Positions 9,822-20,473 of a DNA stretch of 64,000 nt are shown piece after piece. Location of the stretch: NCBI GenBank assembly GCA_913063225.1, contig CAJXYP010000006.1, positions 5,607 to 69,606 on the forward strand. Direction: 5' to 3'. A model generated the notes under the pieces. The model had not been told where the DNA came from. It made no database searches and was given only the letters and a program-made list of their open reading frames with translations. Both the position numbers and the translations under genes were made by a program. Source of the stretch: an uncultured Cellvibrionales bacterium (GTDB lineage: Bacteria; Pseudomonadota; Gammaproteobacteria; Pseudomonadales; GM7GCV1). Numbering within the stretch: position 1 is the stretch's first letter; every line of letters begins with the position of its first letter.

Positions 9822-10052
9822 TCAGCCAAGAATTTGCAGAAGCTTTTGACCATATTCTGCGGCCTTTTGGCCCAGGCTAGTTAGGTATCCGCCATCGATT
9901 TGTGATATTAATCCCTTATCAAAGAGCCGCTGAGTAGCCTCAATCACAGAGGGTTCGGCGGAGGAATGGATTTTTAATCCTTCCTGAGTGGAATCGAGAT
10001 TGTAGCGAGCGAGAATATTTAGCTCTTCAACAATTTCTGCTTTATAGGGCAT
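9822..10052 (-). CDS. small conserved hypothetical protein (resembles the TIGR02647 family, from memory)
   Basis: 76 aa: MPYKAEIVEELNILARYNL...DGGYLTSLG. Confidence 0.5.
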   Translation of the reverse strand: MPYKAEIVEELNILARYNLDSTQEGLKIHSSAEPSVIEATQRLFDKGLISQIDGGYLTSLGQKAAEYGQKLLQILG

Positions 10053-10141
10053 GTAGCGACCTTTTAATAATTTTGGGAATTAGACCCATTCTAGATTACC
10101 AATCCAAAAAATGTCGGAGTAATCTCAGGTAAAATTGCCTT

Positions 10142-10150
10142 TGTTAGAAT
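10142..10150 (+). promoter_or_regulatory. candidate extended -10 promoter element (TGTTAGAAT) for the VIT-family gene
   Basis: TGnTAnAAT motif 32 nt upstream of the ATG at 10183. It lies inside the longer 10135 ORF call, which argues for the 10183 start. Confidence 0.4.
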
Positions 10151-10182
10151 TTAGTATCTGCCGAGAATTAAAAGAGAGATTC

Positions 10183-10872
10183 ATGATCCACAATGAAACC
10201 CACAAATCACACCGTATTGGCTGGCTTAGAGCCGCAGTTTTAGGCGCCAACGATGGCATCGTATCCACCGCCAGCTTAATTATTGGCGTAGCCGCTGCTC
10301 AGGCAGCAACTGGCGACATTTTGCTGGCAGGCATGGCCGGTTTGGTGGCTGGCGCAATGTCTATGGCGGCTGGAGAATATGTGTCTGTTAGCTCACAAGC
10401 TGATACGGAAAATGCAGACCTCAAACTCGAAAAACAACATTTGAAGGAGCATCCTGAGTTTGAACTGGAAGAGCTGGCAACTATCTATCGTGAACGTGGC
10501 TTAGACCATGATCTAGCTCGTCAAGTTGCTGCAAGCCTTACGGAATATGATGCATTAAGCGCGCACGCCCGAGATGAACTGGGTATTTTGGATACCGCCA
10601 GGGCACAGCCTTTCCAAGCCGCTGGTTATTCTGCCGTTACCTTTAGTTTGGGCGCAGCACTACCCCTGCTTGCAGCTTATCTAGCACCACAAGAGCAGTT
10701 GATTCCATTGGTGGCATCCTGCGCCCTAGTGTTTCTCGCCGGCTTAGGTGTGCTTGCGGCCAAGGCTGGCGGAGCATCTATGCTAATTGGCGCTGTGCGA
10801 GTAACCTTTTGGGGTTCCTTGGCAATGGCCATTACCGCTGGCGTGGGTACGCTTTTTGGCGCAGCTTTTTAG
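10183..10872 (+). CDS. VIT1/CCC1 family iron/manganese transporter
   Basis: LRAAVLGANDGIVSTASLIIGVAAA, MAAGEYVSVSSQ and C-terminal TM helices. I prefer the start at the internal Met (MIHNETHK) over 10135. Confidence 0.8.
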   Translation: MIHNETHKSHRIGWLRAAVLGANDGIVSTASLIIGVAAAQAATGDILLAGMAGLVAGAMSMAAGEYVSVSSQADTENADLKLEKQHLKEHPEFELEELATIYRERGLDHDLARQVAASLTEYDALSAHARDELGILDTARAQPFQAAGYSAVTFSLGAALPLLAAYLAPQEQLIPLVASCALVFLAGLGVLAAKAGGASMLIGAVRVTFWGSLAMAITAGVGTLFGAAF

Positions 10873-10968
10873 GCCAAAGAGCTCATCTGCAAGCCACATA
10901 ACCTAGATCAACTATGTTGCCAGTAAGTTCTGTCATTCTTGCTCTAATCTCTTGTTCGACTAAATTCA

Positions 10969-12219
10969 ATGTCTGATTTTATGACAACGCGGCCTCTGGC
11001 TCGTCGCATCGGTTTACCTCTCCTTACCTGCTATGGCCTTGGAACCATTCTCGGTGCCGGCGTATATGTGCTGATAGGAAAGGTGGCTGGAAGTGCAGGA
11101 ATGCTGGCACCCCTAGCGTTCTTGGTAGCCGCTATTGTTGCCGGAATAACCGCCTTAAGTTACTGTCAACTGGTAGTTCTTTTCCCGCGTAGCTCAGGTG
11201 AGGCCTATTACGTTGAGGCGGGATTTAACCATTTATTACTTACCAAGTTAGTCGGCTATTTAGTAGTTTTTACCGGCATTGTTTCTGCGGCCACTTTGGC
11301 CAACGGATTCCTCGGCTACCTATCGGCATTCGTTGATTTATCCCCTGTGCTAGTTCTTCTATTAGTGATTGGACTAACAGGCACTATCGCACTCTGGGGT
11401 ATTGTCGAGTCGCTCTGGATTGCTGCCTCTATCACCGTGCTCGAAGTAGCCGGGTTGTTATTGGTTATTTTTCTTGCCGGAGAAAACCTTCTGCAGATAC
11501 CACAAAATTTGGACGCCTTGGCAATACCCGAAAACGGCCAATGGATAGGCTTAATGGCCGGCGCTTTCTTGGCTTTCTACGCTTTCATCGGCTTTGAAGA
11601 TATGGTTAATATCGTCGAGGAAGTAAAGCAGCCTGAAGTTAATATGCCGGTGGGTATAGTGCTGGCGTTGGTAATTTCTACTCTGCTGTATTTTCTAATA
11701 GCCTTGATTGCCGTGCTTGGCTTACCACTGTCTGAATTGAGCGCATCCGATGCCCCTATTTACGATTTATTGCGTGGAGATCACGCACAGGCCGCAATCT
11801 GGATTGCGCTGATCAGCCTATTCGCCATAGTTAACGGAGTACTTACTCAAATCATTATGGCGTCTCGTGTTCTTTATGGCATGTCAGTAAAAATGCAAGC
11901 ACCTTCCGTATTTTCCGCGGTATCAGAGGTAACTCGAACACCCTGGCTGGCAACCATATTTGTCAGCGGCTTAACCGCTGCTTTTGCGATCTGGTTGCCG
12001 CTGGAACAGTTAGTCAAAACTACCAGCTTCGTCATTCTCTGTGTTTTTACACTGGTTAACCTTGCCCTATGGAGAGTAAAGCAAACGCATGCGACTGAGA
12101 TCGCCAACCTGCCAGTAAAAACCCCTGCCTTGCCAATTACCGGAGCAGTACTTTGCCTTATTCTAATAATTTTTCAGCTAATTAGCGTATTCTGCCCCCC
12201 TGCAAAAAGCCTAGAGTAA
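10969..12219 (+). CDS. APC superfamily amino acid permease
   Basis: 416 aa with ~12 TM segments, an N-terminal GAGVYVLIG motif and FIGFEDM. Confidence 0.75.
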   Translation: MSDFMTTRPLARRIGLPLLTCYGLGTILGAGVYVLIGKVAGSAGMLAPLAFLVAAIVAGITALSYCQLVVLFPRSSGEAYYVEAGFNHLLLTKLVGYLVVFTGIVSAATLANGFLGYLSAFVDLSPVLVLLLVIGLTGTIALWGIVESLWIAASITVLEVAGLLLVIFLAGENLLQIPQNLDALAIPENGQWIGLMAGAFLAFYAFIGFEDMVNIVEEVKQPEVNMPVGIVLALVISTLLYFLIALIAVLGLPLSELSASDAPIYDLLRGDHAQAAIWIALISLFAIVNGVLTQIIMASRVLYGMSVKMQAPSVFSAVSEVTRTPWLATIFVSGLTAAFAIWLPLEQLVKTTSFVILCVFTLVNLALWRVKQTHATEIANLPVKTPALPITGAVLCLILIIFQLISVFCPPAKSLE

Positions 12220-12221
12220 AT

Positions 12222-12512
12222 ATGTCGAACGAAGTCGGAGCAATAGCGAAGGGATGGCACTTATCCGCAGACAACAAAGAAATTGCCAGGGATTTCGAAT
12301 TTGTAGATTTTAGATCTGCCTTTGCCTTTATGGCCCGCGTGGCAGAGCAGGCTGAGGATATGGACCACCACCCGGATTGGAGTAATAGCTACAACAAGGT
12401 ACAGATTCGGTTGTCGACCCATTCAAAAGACGGGTTAACCCAGTTGGACACCGAGCTTTCCAACCGTATCAATCGTATCTATTCAGATATGCGCGCCGAG
12501 CAATCCCGATAG
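12222..12512 (+). CDS. phhB: 4a-hydroxytetrahydrobiopterin (pterin-4-alpha-carbinolamine) dehydratase
   Basis: 96 aa with FEFVDFRSAFAFMARVAEQAEDMDHHPDWSNSYNKVQIRLSTH, the canonical PCD motif. Confidence 0.88.
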   Translation: MSNEVGAIAKGWHLSADNKEIARDFEFVDFRSAFAFMARVAEQAEDMDHHPDWSNSYNKVQIRLSTHSKDGLTQLDTELSNRINRIYSDMRAEQSR

Positions 12513-12620
12513 CGCTCAGCTAATAGAGAGCCCTCAGCCAATTAAAAACGCCCTTAGCGAATAGAGCCTTCAGCGTATAGTAAGCCCCTTCAGCTAATTA
12601 AAAGCTCCTTCAGCACGCTA
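12512..12620. repeat. six degenerate tandem units (~15-21 bp), each with a C(T)TCAGC/TTAGC core and an A/T-rich tail
   Basis: Cores at 12516-20, 12534-38, 12555-59, 12570-74, 12590-94 and 12610-14, in the convergent phhB/RND spacer. Confidence 0.7.
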
Positions 12621-15600
12621 CTGAGCCGCCTGCATCTCTTCTAACTCATGAGCCACAGCATCTGGCGACCCGGTATTTTTGGCGATCAAATGGTAAACCA
12701 TTGGCACCAAAAAGAGCGTGAACACTGAGGCAATGCTTACGCCGGAGAAAATCACTACACCCAATACGACACGGCTTTCAGAACCAGGGCCGACCGCAAG
12801 TATCAAGGGTACAGCGCCCATCACGGTGGAAATTGTAGTCATCAATACCGGGCGCAACCGAATTCGAGCAGCCTGAAGAATTGACTCTTTAAATTCGTGG
12901 CCAAGATCACGCATTTGATTGATAAATTCGACGATCAAAATACCATTTTTGGAGGCGATTCCAATTAGCATTACGATACCAATCTGGCTATAGATATTGA
13001 TAGTCGCTCCCGCAATATGTAATCCAAAAAGAGCACCCGCAATTGCCAGCGGCACCGTAACCAGAATTACCACTGGATGAATAAAGCTTTCAAACTGCGC
13101 TGCCAATACAAAGAAAAGCACCATCATTGCGATGCCAAAGGTTAGCCATATCTGACTAGATGAGTCTTTGTATTCCAAAGACTGGCCTTTGTAGTCGACT
13201 ATGGCGGTGCTGGGAAGTTCTGCCTCAACTACAGATTCAAGAAACGCTAGCGCATCGCCCAAGCTGTAACCAGGCTCAACGGAGCCCGTGAGGGTAACTG
13301 CCCGCAATCGGTTATATCGGTTTAGATTTGCGATACCGGCCTCATTGCGAATCGTTATTAGATTTGAAAGAGGAATCAGCTGACCACTTGAAGAGCGCAC
13401 AAATATATTTTTCAAATCATCCGGACTGGCTCGTTGTTCGGTCCTGGCCTGCATCATCACCGCATATTCTTCGCCACCCAAAACGTACGTGGATACTTCA
13501 CGTTCGCTCATCATGGTTTGCAAAGTTTGTCCGACTACTTGAGCGGAGATGCCCAGCGACGCAGCCCGATCACGATCTATATCCACCAGAATCTGCGATT
13601 GTGTTTCTTTCAGATCCGAATCTAAGCGAGCGATTCCGGGGTAACTATTCGCTGCCTGTAAAACAATATCTCGCCATTCGGCTAATTCTTCGTAGTTGAG
13701 CCCCTGCAATACAAATTCGATAGGTTGTCCGGAGCCCCTTGAAAGCCCCTGCCGCATAAAAGCGAAAGTGCGCAAATCGGGCAATTGGTTCCACTGCTCA
13801 ACCATATCCCGCATAACCTCGGTAGTGTCTGATTCAGTTTCACCCCATGGAGCCAATGCGATGAATAATAAGGCGCTGTTAGGTGCCGGAGTAAAAAAGG
13901 AAGGAACACGAAACAAATAGGAGTCCACCTCTCCGGTTTCCAAATAAGGGGCAAGGGGTGCTTCAATCTCATCTTGCCTACTGACCATTTTGTTATAACT
14001 AGTGCCTTCTGGGGCGGTTACACTAGCAATAAACATGCGCTGATCTTCCTGAGGCGCATATTCAGCCGGCAAATTAGAGAATAATAATCCCACCATAAAA
14101 AACACAAATACAATGACAGGGATTGCCAACCAGGACTTGTCCAAAGCCCTAGTCAATCCAGCCTGATATCGATCCGCCAGCCAACCAAATAACTGATCCG
14201 ATTTTTTACTGAGCCTTGTTTCATTGCGTCCGGCAGGCTTTAGTAATTTTGAACAAAGCATCGGAGCCAATGACAGCGCCAGCACGCTGGAAAAAATCAC
14301 GGCAGCACAAACTGCCACAGCAAGCTCAGAAAATATCAATCCGATGTTGTCGGTTAAAAACATGATTGGAGTAAATACAGCCACCACCACCGCGGTAGTA
14401 GCTATTACCGCAAAACCTACTTGGCGCGTGCCTTTATATGCAGCCAAGAGAGGCGGCTCGCCTTTCTCGATGCGTCGGTAAATATTCTCCAAAACAACAA
14501 TGGAGTCATCTACTACCAAACCAATTGCTAGTACCAACGCCAGTAATGTAATCAGGTTGATGCTGTAGCCCAGCGCACTCAGAGCGATAAAGGAGGAGAT
14601 GAGACAAACCGGCACAGTGATCACCGGAATGATCATGGCTCTATAGGAGCCCAAAAATAGGAATATCACTAAGCCCACCAAACCCGTCGTAATAAGAATG
14701 GTTTGGTACACGCTTTTGATTGCACCGTTGATAAATATTGAGGAATCGGCCGCTGTATCCACGGACATGCCCTCGGGCAAGCGGTTGCTCAGACTGCCTA
14801 TAGCTTCGTTCACCCCTGAAGTAACTTCCAATGTATTAGCTGTGGACTGTTTTACAATACCAAGGGCTACGGAGCTCTCACCATTAATTAGAAAAAGGCT
14901 GCGGAAATCTTCCGGGCCGAGTTCTACCAAGGCTACCTCAGACAACCTAACCAATTGCCCATCGTCGCCTTGCCTAATAACAAGCTGCTGAAAGTCTTCC
15001 GGCGTTGTGTAACCACGGGAAACACGCACCGGGAACTCCCGGTCAACCGAGTCCACGCGACCCGCTGGAAGCTCTAGATTTTCACGACGCAATGCACTTT
15101 CAACATCGGTTACCGTTAGGCCACGCGCCGCCATTTCCAGTCGATCCAACCAAATACGTACTGAAGGACGACCTGGACCAAATACGTTAACCTGAGATAC
15201 TCCGGGCAATACCGAAAATTGGTCTACGATAATTCGATCAACAAAATCCCGCAGTTCAGTGGGTTCCAAGTTCGCGCTGGATATCGTCACGAACATCACT
15301 GGTTGAGCATCAGAATCCTGCTTGGCGATGGTGATTGAATCCAGTTCTTGAGGCAGTAGTCGCTCAGTTCGGGACACTCTATCCCTTACATCGTTGGCTG
15401 CCTCATCAATATTACGATTTAGGTCAAAACTTATATTGATGGTAGAGCGGCCGTCAGAGCTAGTAGACCTAAGGCTTTCGATACCCTCGATGCCACTGAT
15501 CGCATCTTCGAGAACCTGAGTAACCTGGGTTTCCATAACCGCTGCCGCGGCACCGGGGTAGATCGAATTTATTGAAAGCGTTGCCGATTGGATATCCGGA

Positions 15601-15710
15601 TATTCACGCACTTGTAGCGTCTGAAAAGACAATACACCAAAGCCCACCAATAGCATGCTAATTACTGATGCAAAAACCGGTCTCTTAACTGAAGTATCTG
15701 ATAGCCACAT
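12618..15710 (-). CDS. RND efflux transporter permease (AcrB/MdtB family)
   Basis: 1030 aa with a 12-TM, two-large-loop architecture and an N-terminus MWLSDTSVKRPVFASVISMLL typical of HAE1 pumps. Confidence 0.92.
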   Translation of the reverse strand: MWLSDTSVKRPVFASVISMLLVGFGVLSFQTLQVREYPDIQSATLSINSIYPGAAAAVMETQVTQVLEDAISGIEGIESLRSTSSDGRSTINISFDLNRNIDEAANDVRDRVSRTERLLPQELDSITIAKQDSDAQPVMFVTISSANLEPTELRDFVDRIIVDQFSVLPGVSQVNVFGPGRPSVRIWLDRLEMAARGLTVTDVESALRRENLELPAGRVDSVDREFPVRVSRGYTTPEDFQQLVIRQGDDGQLVRLSEVALVELGPEDFRSLFLINGESSVALGIVKQSTANTLEVTSGVNEAIGSLSNRLPEGMSVDTAADSSIFINGAIKSVYQTILITTGLVGLVIFLFLGSYRAMIIPVITVPVCLISSFIALSALGYSINLITLLALVLAIGLVVDDSIVVLENIYRRIEKGEPPLLAAYKGTRQVGFAVIATTAVVVAVFTPIMFLTDNIGLIFSELAVAVCAAVIFSSVLALSLAPMLCSKLLKPAGRNETRLSKKSDQLFGWLADRYQAGLTRALDKSWLAIPVIVFVFFMVGLLFSNLPAEYAPQEDQRMFIASVTAPEGTSYNKMVSRQDEIEAPLAPYLETGEVDSYLFRVPSFFTPAPNSALLFIALAPWGETESDTTEVMRDMVEQWNQLPDLRTFAFMRQGLSRGSGQPIEFVLQGLNYEELAEWRDIVLQAANSYPGIARLDSDLKETQSQILVDIDRDRAASLGISAQVVGQTLQTMMSEREVSTYVLGGEEYAVMMQARTEQRASPDDLKNIFVRSSSGQLIPLSNLITIRNEAGIANLNRYNRLRAVTLTGSVEPGYSLGDALAFLESVVEAELPSTAIVDYKGQSLEYKDSSSQIWLTFGIAMMVLFFVLAAQFESFIHPVVILVTVPLAIAGALFGLHIAGATINIYSQIGIVMLIGIASKNGILIVEFINQMRDLGHEFKESILQAARIRLRPVLMTTISTVMGAVPLILAVGPGSESRVVLGVVIFSGVSIASVFTLFLVPMVYHLIAKNTGSPDAVAHELEEMQAAQ

Positions 15711-15713
15711 GGT

Positions 15714-16844
15714 TTAGTTTCCGCCAGCCGCTGGTCGCTGTGTACCCGGACCCGGAGCCCTGGGAGCACCAGAGCCAGGACCAGAAGGTGGTGCACCCGC
15801 AACTCTTACTTCGGCTCCATTTCGCATACTCATAATTCCGTCAACAACGAGCATCTCGCCGGGCCGCAAACCTTCAGCGATAATTACCTCACCACGTAAG
15901 CGACGCTCAATAACCACATCGCGCTCGGACACGACCATTTCCGCATTTGCCACATAAACTAAAGAACGATTGCCCTTTTGCAGCAGCGAGGCCTCTGGAA
16001 TAACAATGGATTCTGTTTCGGAGGCAATTAGGGATAGAGTCATCAGCATACCGGGCCGCAGCTGCCTGTCTTTGTTAGACAAAATAGCCCGGACCTGAAC
16101 CGTGCGAGTTACAGGATCGACACGTGAGCCAACGGAAGAGACTTCAGCGATAAAGCTCAGTCCCCTATAAGCAGCACTGTTGGCTTCCACTCGATTGCCA
16201 GGTCGCACTCCGCCAAAGGCGGTTTCTGGAATACTGAAATCCAATTTAAGTGTATCGATATCATCTAGGGTGGTTATTCGGGTATTGGGCGAAACTAAAG
16301 CCCCTGGACTAACTTCGCGAAATCCCAACATGCCGGAAAATGGAGCTCGAATTAAGCGATCTTCCAATCGAGAAATAGTGGCATCCAATCTCCCTTGGTT
16401 TGCCTCGTAGCGTGCGCGGGCCTCATCTATCTGTGAGGCAGAAGCCACGTTTGAGCCCAGGATTTCTAAGCGATCCAGCTGAAGCTTTGTATCCCACAAG
16501 TTTGCTTGGGCTTCGGCCAGCAGCGCTGACTGCTCTTGGTTAGTTAGCTCCACCAAGACATCGCCAGCTTGTACTAGGTCGCCGTCTTCAAAATGCAGCG
16601 CACTAATGGTATCGCTGACTTTGGAAGTGATGATTACCGACTCATTTGCGACTAGCGTACCAACAGCTTCTACTCGGTCAGCAACAATCTCCATTCTCAC
16701 AGGCTCTAAGGACACCAAAGCGGCACCGCCTCCAAGCTCGGGGACTCCGGCCTGACCGGAGCCCTGAGAAAAATAGACCCAGGTACCAACCGCGACTGCT
16801 ACAAGTGCGAGAATAAAAATGACTGGCGAGATACTGTTTTTCAT
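15714..16844 (-). CDS. RND efflux periplasmic adaptor (MFP)
   Basis: 376 aa with a signal anchor and lipoyl/coiled-coil/beta-barrel pattern. Located 3 nt upstream of the RND permease. Gly/Pro-rich tail. Confidence 0.88.
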   Translation of the reverse strand: MKNSISPVIFILALVAVAVGTWVYFSQGSGQAGVPELGGGAALVSLEPVRMEIVADRVEAVGTLVANESVIITSKVSDTISALHFEDGDLVQAGDVLVELTNQEQSALLAEAQANLWDTKLQLDRLEILGSNVASASQIDEARARYEANQGRLDATISRLEDRLIRAPFSGMLGFREVSPGALVSPNTRITTLDDIDTLKLDFSIPETAFGGVRPGNRVEANSAAYRGLSFIAEVSSVGSRVDPVTRTVQVRAILSNKDRQLRPGMLMTLSLIASETESIVIPEASLLQKGNRSLVYVANAEMVVSERDVVIERRLRGEVIIAEGLRPGEMLVVDGIMSMRNGAEVRVAGAPPSGPGSGAPRAPGPGTQRPAAGGN

Positions 16845-16954
16845 AGAATACGATCGAGGCTTCTGTCGGGCGGGATGATACTTGAAGCGCCCAAGGCAGC
16901 GTATGGAGAGCTGTTAAATTTTATTAAGTTAAAATCTAATCAGCAACGCGGCTG

Positions 16955-17950
16955 CTACCAGGCTGAACTAGTTCGAACCTCGAATCCAAAGTCAGTTCGC
17001 AATACGAAATAAACTGCCAAACTTTGCTCTTCAGCCATGGCAAAGCCACGCTCTGCACCCATCGCTAACAATGTCGTCGCCCAACCATCGGCCCAGAGGG
17101 TCGATTCGTGAACTACCGTGACCGAGGCCAACCGCTGCGGTACCGGGTAGCCAGTCTGCGGATCTATCACATGAGAATAACGAATCCCCTCATGCAAGAA
17201 GTAATTTCGGTAGTCACCCGAAGTAGCCAGTGCACCACTGTCCATCTTAACCAGATCCTGAATTGTATCTGCCGAAGGAGCAAACATATTGTCTATCGGA
17301 GTTTCAATTCCAATACGCCATTTTTGGTCATCCTGATTCAAACCCGAGACTCGAACCTCGCCACCAACTTCCACTAAGTAGCGATCGAGTCCCTGTGATT
17401 CTAGATATTCTGAAACTAGATCAACCCCGTAACCTTTTGCCGTTGCGGATAAATTTAGAAACAGCTCGCCGATATCTTTACAGAGTTCCTGATCACTCAG
17501 CCGCAAGTTTTGATAGCCAATCACTCTAAGGAGCGCCTCAACTTCGGATTGTTCGGGTATCTGATCTGCAGTGAAATCGGTACCAAAGCCCCAAAGCTCA
17601 ATTAGTGGCCCGACCGTTGCATCAAATTTACCGGCACTTAAGAGAGACAGCTCTTGAGACACGCTTACCACTGCAGCGGTCTCTGAAGATATTGGATAAC
17701 AACCAGCGGCAGACGCATTAAATGTGGAAACTTCTGAAGCGGAATCCCAATTGGACATCTTGGTATTCACTAAATCCAAAACCCGCTGAGCACCCTGCTG
17801 AATATTTTCTTGATCAATCGCGTCATTCGTGACCACTTTCACTGACCAAGTGGTACCCATCGTGCCGCCTTGAAACGCGTATTCGTGCGGCCCAATATCG
17901 CACGCCGCGAGAGCAAAAATTAGACCAACCAAGCAAGCTTTTAGATGCAT
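16955..17950 (-). CDS. apbE: FAD:protein FMN transferase (ApbE family lipoprotein)
   Basis: Lipobox LAAC. Also MGTTWSVKV, ATAKGYGVD, ALATSGDYRNYF and HVIDPQTGYP motifs. Confidence 0.88.
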   Translation of the reverse strand: MHLKACLVGLIFALAACDIGPHEYAFQGGTMGTTWSVKVVTNDAIDQENIQQGAQRVLDLVNTKMSNWDSASEVSTFNASAAGCYPISSETAAVVSVSQELSLLSAGKFDATVGPLIELWGFGTDFTADQIPEQSEVEALLRVIGYQNLRLSDQELCKDIGELFLNLSATAKGYGVDLVSEYLESQGLDRYLVEVGGEVRVSGLNQDDQKWRIGIETPIDNMFAPSADTIQDLVKMDSGALATSGDYRNYFLHEGIRYSHVIDPQTGYPVPQRLASVTVVHESTLWADGWATTLLAMGAERGFAMAEEQSLAVYFVLRTDFGFEVRTSSAW

Positions 17951-18135
17951 ATATTTGTTGAAATAAAATCGGTAAAGAACTTTAACCCGGTATTTTACAT
18001 CCTTGGCGGCTCCTCGATAGAACCCCTTTCATCTGTCCCAAATAATTGACTTATATCAGCCGAAGAAAGCTCTAATCTCATTACCATTTTGAAAGAATTC
18101 TTAACATAGACAGGGTTAGCGGCGATCGGGCGCTT

Positions 18136-18144
18136 TGTTAGAAT
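18136..18144 (+). promoter_or_regulatory. extended -10 element TGTTAGAAT upstream of paralogue 1
   Basis: TTTGTTAGAATG, 30 nt upstream of the ATG at 18175. Homologous motif in all five spacers. Confidence 0.45.
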
Positions 18145-18174
18145 GCCGCGCATTCAAGACCTACCGGAATTACC

Positions 18175-20406
18175 ATGACCAAATCAGCGAAGGAGTTAGT
18201 AAAGCTAGCTACGATTGCCTCGCTTATTTTGAATGTTGGCGTCGCCATTGCTCAAAATACCCCAGAGCAAGCCGGCAAACATTTTACTGCAGCAAGAACT
18301 GATCAAGCCCCTCAAATCGACGGCGATATTTCTGACGCTGCGTGGGCAGATGCCGCACATATTGACGACTGGCTGCAAGTTCAGCCCTTGGAATATCGAA
18401 CCGCTTCAGAGCGCACTGAGGTCTACATTATGTATGACGAAAATGCGCTTTATTTTGGTTTTTACGTTCACGACAGCAAACCGGACGAAATAACTGCGAA
18501 TGTTCTGCAGCAGGGCACAGTTACGCGCTTTGATGACAAAGTCTCGGTGATTATTGACCCTTTCAACATGCAGCGTGGCGGTTATACCTTCCAGTTAAAC
18601 CCTAATGGAGTGCGCGTAGAGGCAATTTATATCAGCGGCACCCGGGGCTCTCCTGATTGGGAGGGAGTTTGGAATGGTGCCACGAAGATGCAAGACGACG
18701 GTTGGACCGCGGAATTTGAGATTCCCTTCAAATCCTTGTCCTTTGATCCCAACAACGATACATGGGGCGTAAATTTCTCTCGTAATTTGCAGCGTAATCA
18801 AGAAAGTATGGCCTGGTACTCTCGAAACGGTACCTACAATCCTGCCAGCTCCGGCAAAATGGATGGCATCACTAATCTGACTCAGGGGTTTGGATTAGAT
18901 GTGGTGCCGGCGCTTAGTGGAAATTCATTTGAAGATCACGTTGTCGGAAACACCGTATCGGACGTACAGCCATCTGTGGATTTGTTCTATAAGGTGACGC
19001 CGCAAATTAATCTTGCTGTCACCATAAATACTGATTTTTCGGCTACGGAAGCGGATACCAATACCCTGAACGCATCTCGATTTAGACGGTTTTTTTCCGA
19101 GAAACGCGCGTTTTTTCTAAACGACTTTGATGCCTTCAAATTTGGCCTTACCGATCTTCGCTTAAACGGTAGAAGTTCAGGTAACAATGCATTGGCGTTC
19201 TATTCTCGGCGCATCGGCTTAAGTGAAGATGGTCAACCGGTAGACATTGTCGGCGGTATCAAACTTAGCGGGCGCTTAGGCAAAACCGAATTCGGCGCGT
19301 TAGCGATACGCCAAGACGAAACCACGGTTACTTCCGGCGGAGTTACAGAAATCATTGATCCAACTAACGCCATCGTCGCCAGAGTCTCACAATCAATTTT
19401 TAGTGAATCGAAAATCGGCCTCATATTTACGGATGGGAACCCCGCCGAGAATCAGAGCAACTCTCTCTACGGTGCAGATTTTCAATATCGGGATACTGAT
19501 TTCTATGCTGGCAAAAGTCTTGATGCGGTAATGCTGTATCAGCAAACCGAAGACCCCGACTTTAATGACAACCAAGCTAGCTACAGCGCTGCAGTATCTA
19601 TCAGTTCGAACGAAGGGTTTTACGGTGGCGCGCAATATTTTGTTGTCGAAGATAACTATAGTCCCGGCCTAGGTTTCACCCAGCGCACAAATGCCAAACT
19701 TATCTCCAGTAATCTTTCCTACCGATGGCTACTTGAAGGGTCTTTCATTGAGCAAGTCAGCACACATATAAATACCATTAGCTGGACAGTATTAGATACT
19801 GGTGATGTGGATTTTGATCAAATCGCCTGGACGCCATTTAATATTCAGCTTCGACGCGGTGATAGCCTCCAGTTTAAGATCGAGAAAAAGACTAGAGTTG
19901 CCAGAGCAGGTGAGCGATCGACGGGCGATCTGGGGATAGCAGTGCCCCTAGGCGAGCATAGCAATTCTAACTATGAAATTAGCTATAAAACGCCAAACTA
20001 CTTAGATCTTAGCGGCGAAGTGAATATAGACCTAGGCGATTACTATGATGGCGATTTCACCACTATTAACCCCAAAATCAGCTGGCAGGCGAACCGTCAT
20101 ATTCTGATCAGCAGCGGATATAAATATACTAAGTATGAAATGCCCGACGAAACGGTTTTTGCTCGAGAGGTAGAACTTGACGTCAATATCGCATTTAACT
20201 CTAAAGTATCTCTGACCTCGGCCATTGAGTACGACAACATTAGACGGCAGGCGTCATTTAATAACCGCCTCAGATGGAATATCAAACCCGGACAAGACCT
20301 ATGGGTGGTATTTAACCAAGGACTCGTTGATCAGGATCAAGACTATAACTTTGCAGTTGAAAGCACCTCAGCTGCCTTCAAACTCAGGTATACACTGCGT
20401 TTCTAG
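18175..20406 (+). CDS. secreted CBM9/DOMON-like + DUF5916-type outer-membrane protein, paralogue 1
   Basis: 743 aa. Signal peptide ends AIA/QNTPEQA. N-terminal APQIDGDISD..W, ALYFGF and GWTAEFEIPFKSLSF. C-terminus ends FKLRYTLRF. Confidence 0.85.
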   Translation: MTKSAKELVKLATIASLILNVGVAIAQNTPEQAGKHFTAARTDQAPQIDGDISDAAWADAAHIDDWLQVQPLEYRTASERTEVYIMYDENALYFGFYVHDSKPDEITANVLQQGTVTRFDDKVSVIIDPFNMQRGGYTFQLNPNGVRVEAIYISGTRGSPDWEGVWNGATKMQDDGWTAEFEIPFKSLSFDPNNDTWGVNFSRNLQRNQESMAWYSRNGTYNPASSGKMDGITNLTQGFGLDVVPALSGNSFEDHVVGNTVSDVQPSVDLFYKVTPQINLAVTINTDFSATEADTNTLNASRFRRFFSEKRAFFLNDFDAFKFGLTDLRLNGRSSGNNALAFYSRRIGLSEDGQPVDIVGGIKLSGRLGKTEFGALAIRQDETTVTSGGVTEIIDPTNAIVARVSQSIFSESKIGLIFTDGNPAENQSNSLYGADFQYRDTDFYAGKSLDAVMLYQQTEDPDFNDNQASYSAAVSISSNEGFYGGAQYFVVEDNYSPGLGFTQRTNAKLISSNLSYRWLLEGSFIEQVSTHINTISWTVLDTGDVDFDQIAWTPFNIQLRRGDSLQFKIEKKTRVARAGERSTGDLGIAVPLGEHSNSNYEISYKTPNYLDLSGEVNIDLGDYYDGDFTTINPKISWQANRHILISSGYKYTKYEMPDETVFAREVELDVNIAFNSKVSLTSAIEYDNIRRQASFNNRLRWNIKPGQDLWVVFNQGLVDQDQDYNFAVESTSAAFKLRYTLRF

Positions 20407-20473
20407 GTTATAAGTCTCCTAAGCTTTCGAAATAAAAATTTACCCTCCTATGGCCAAATAGGCGCAGCGGCTT

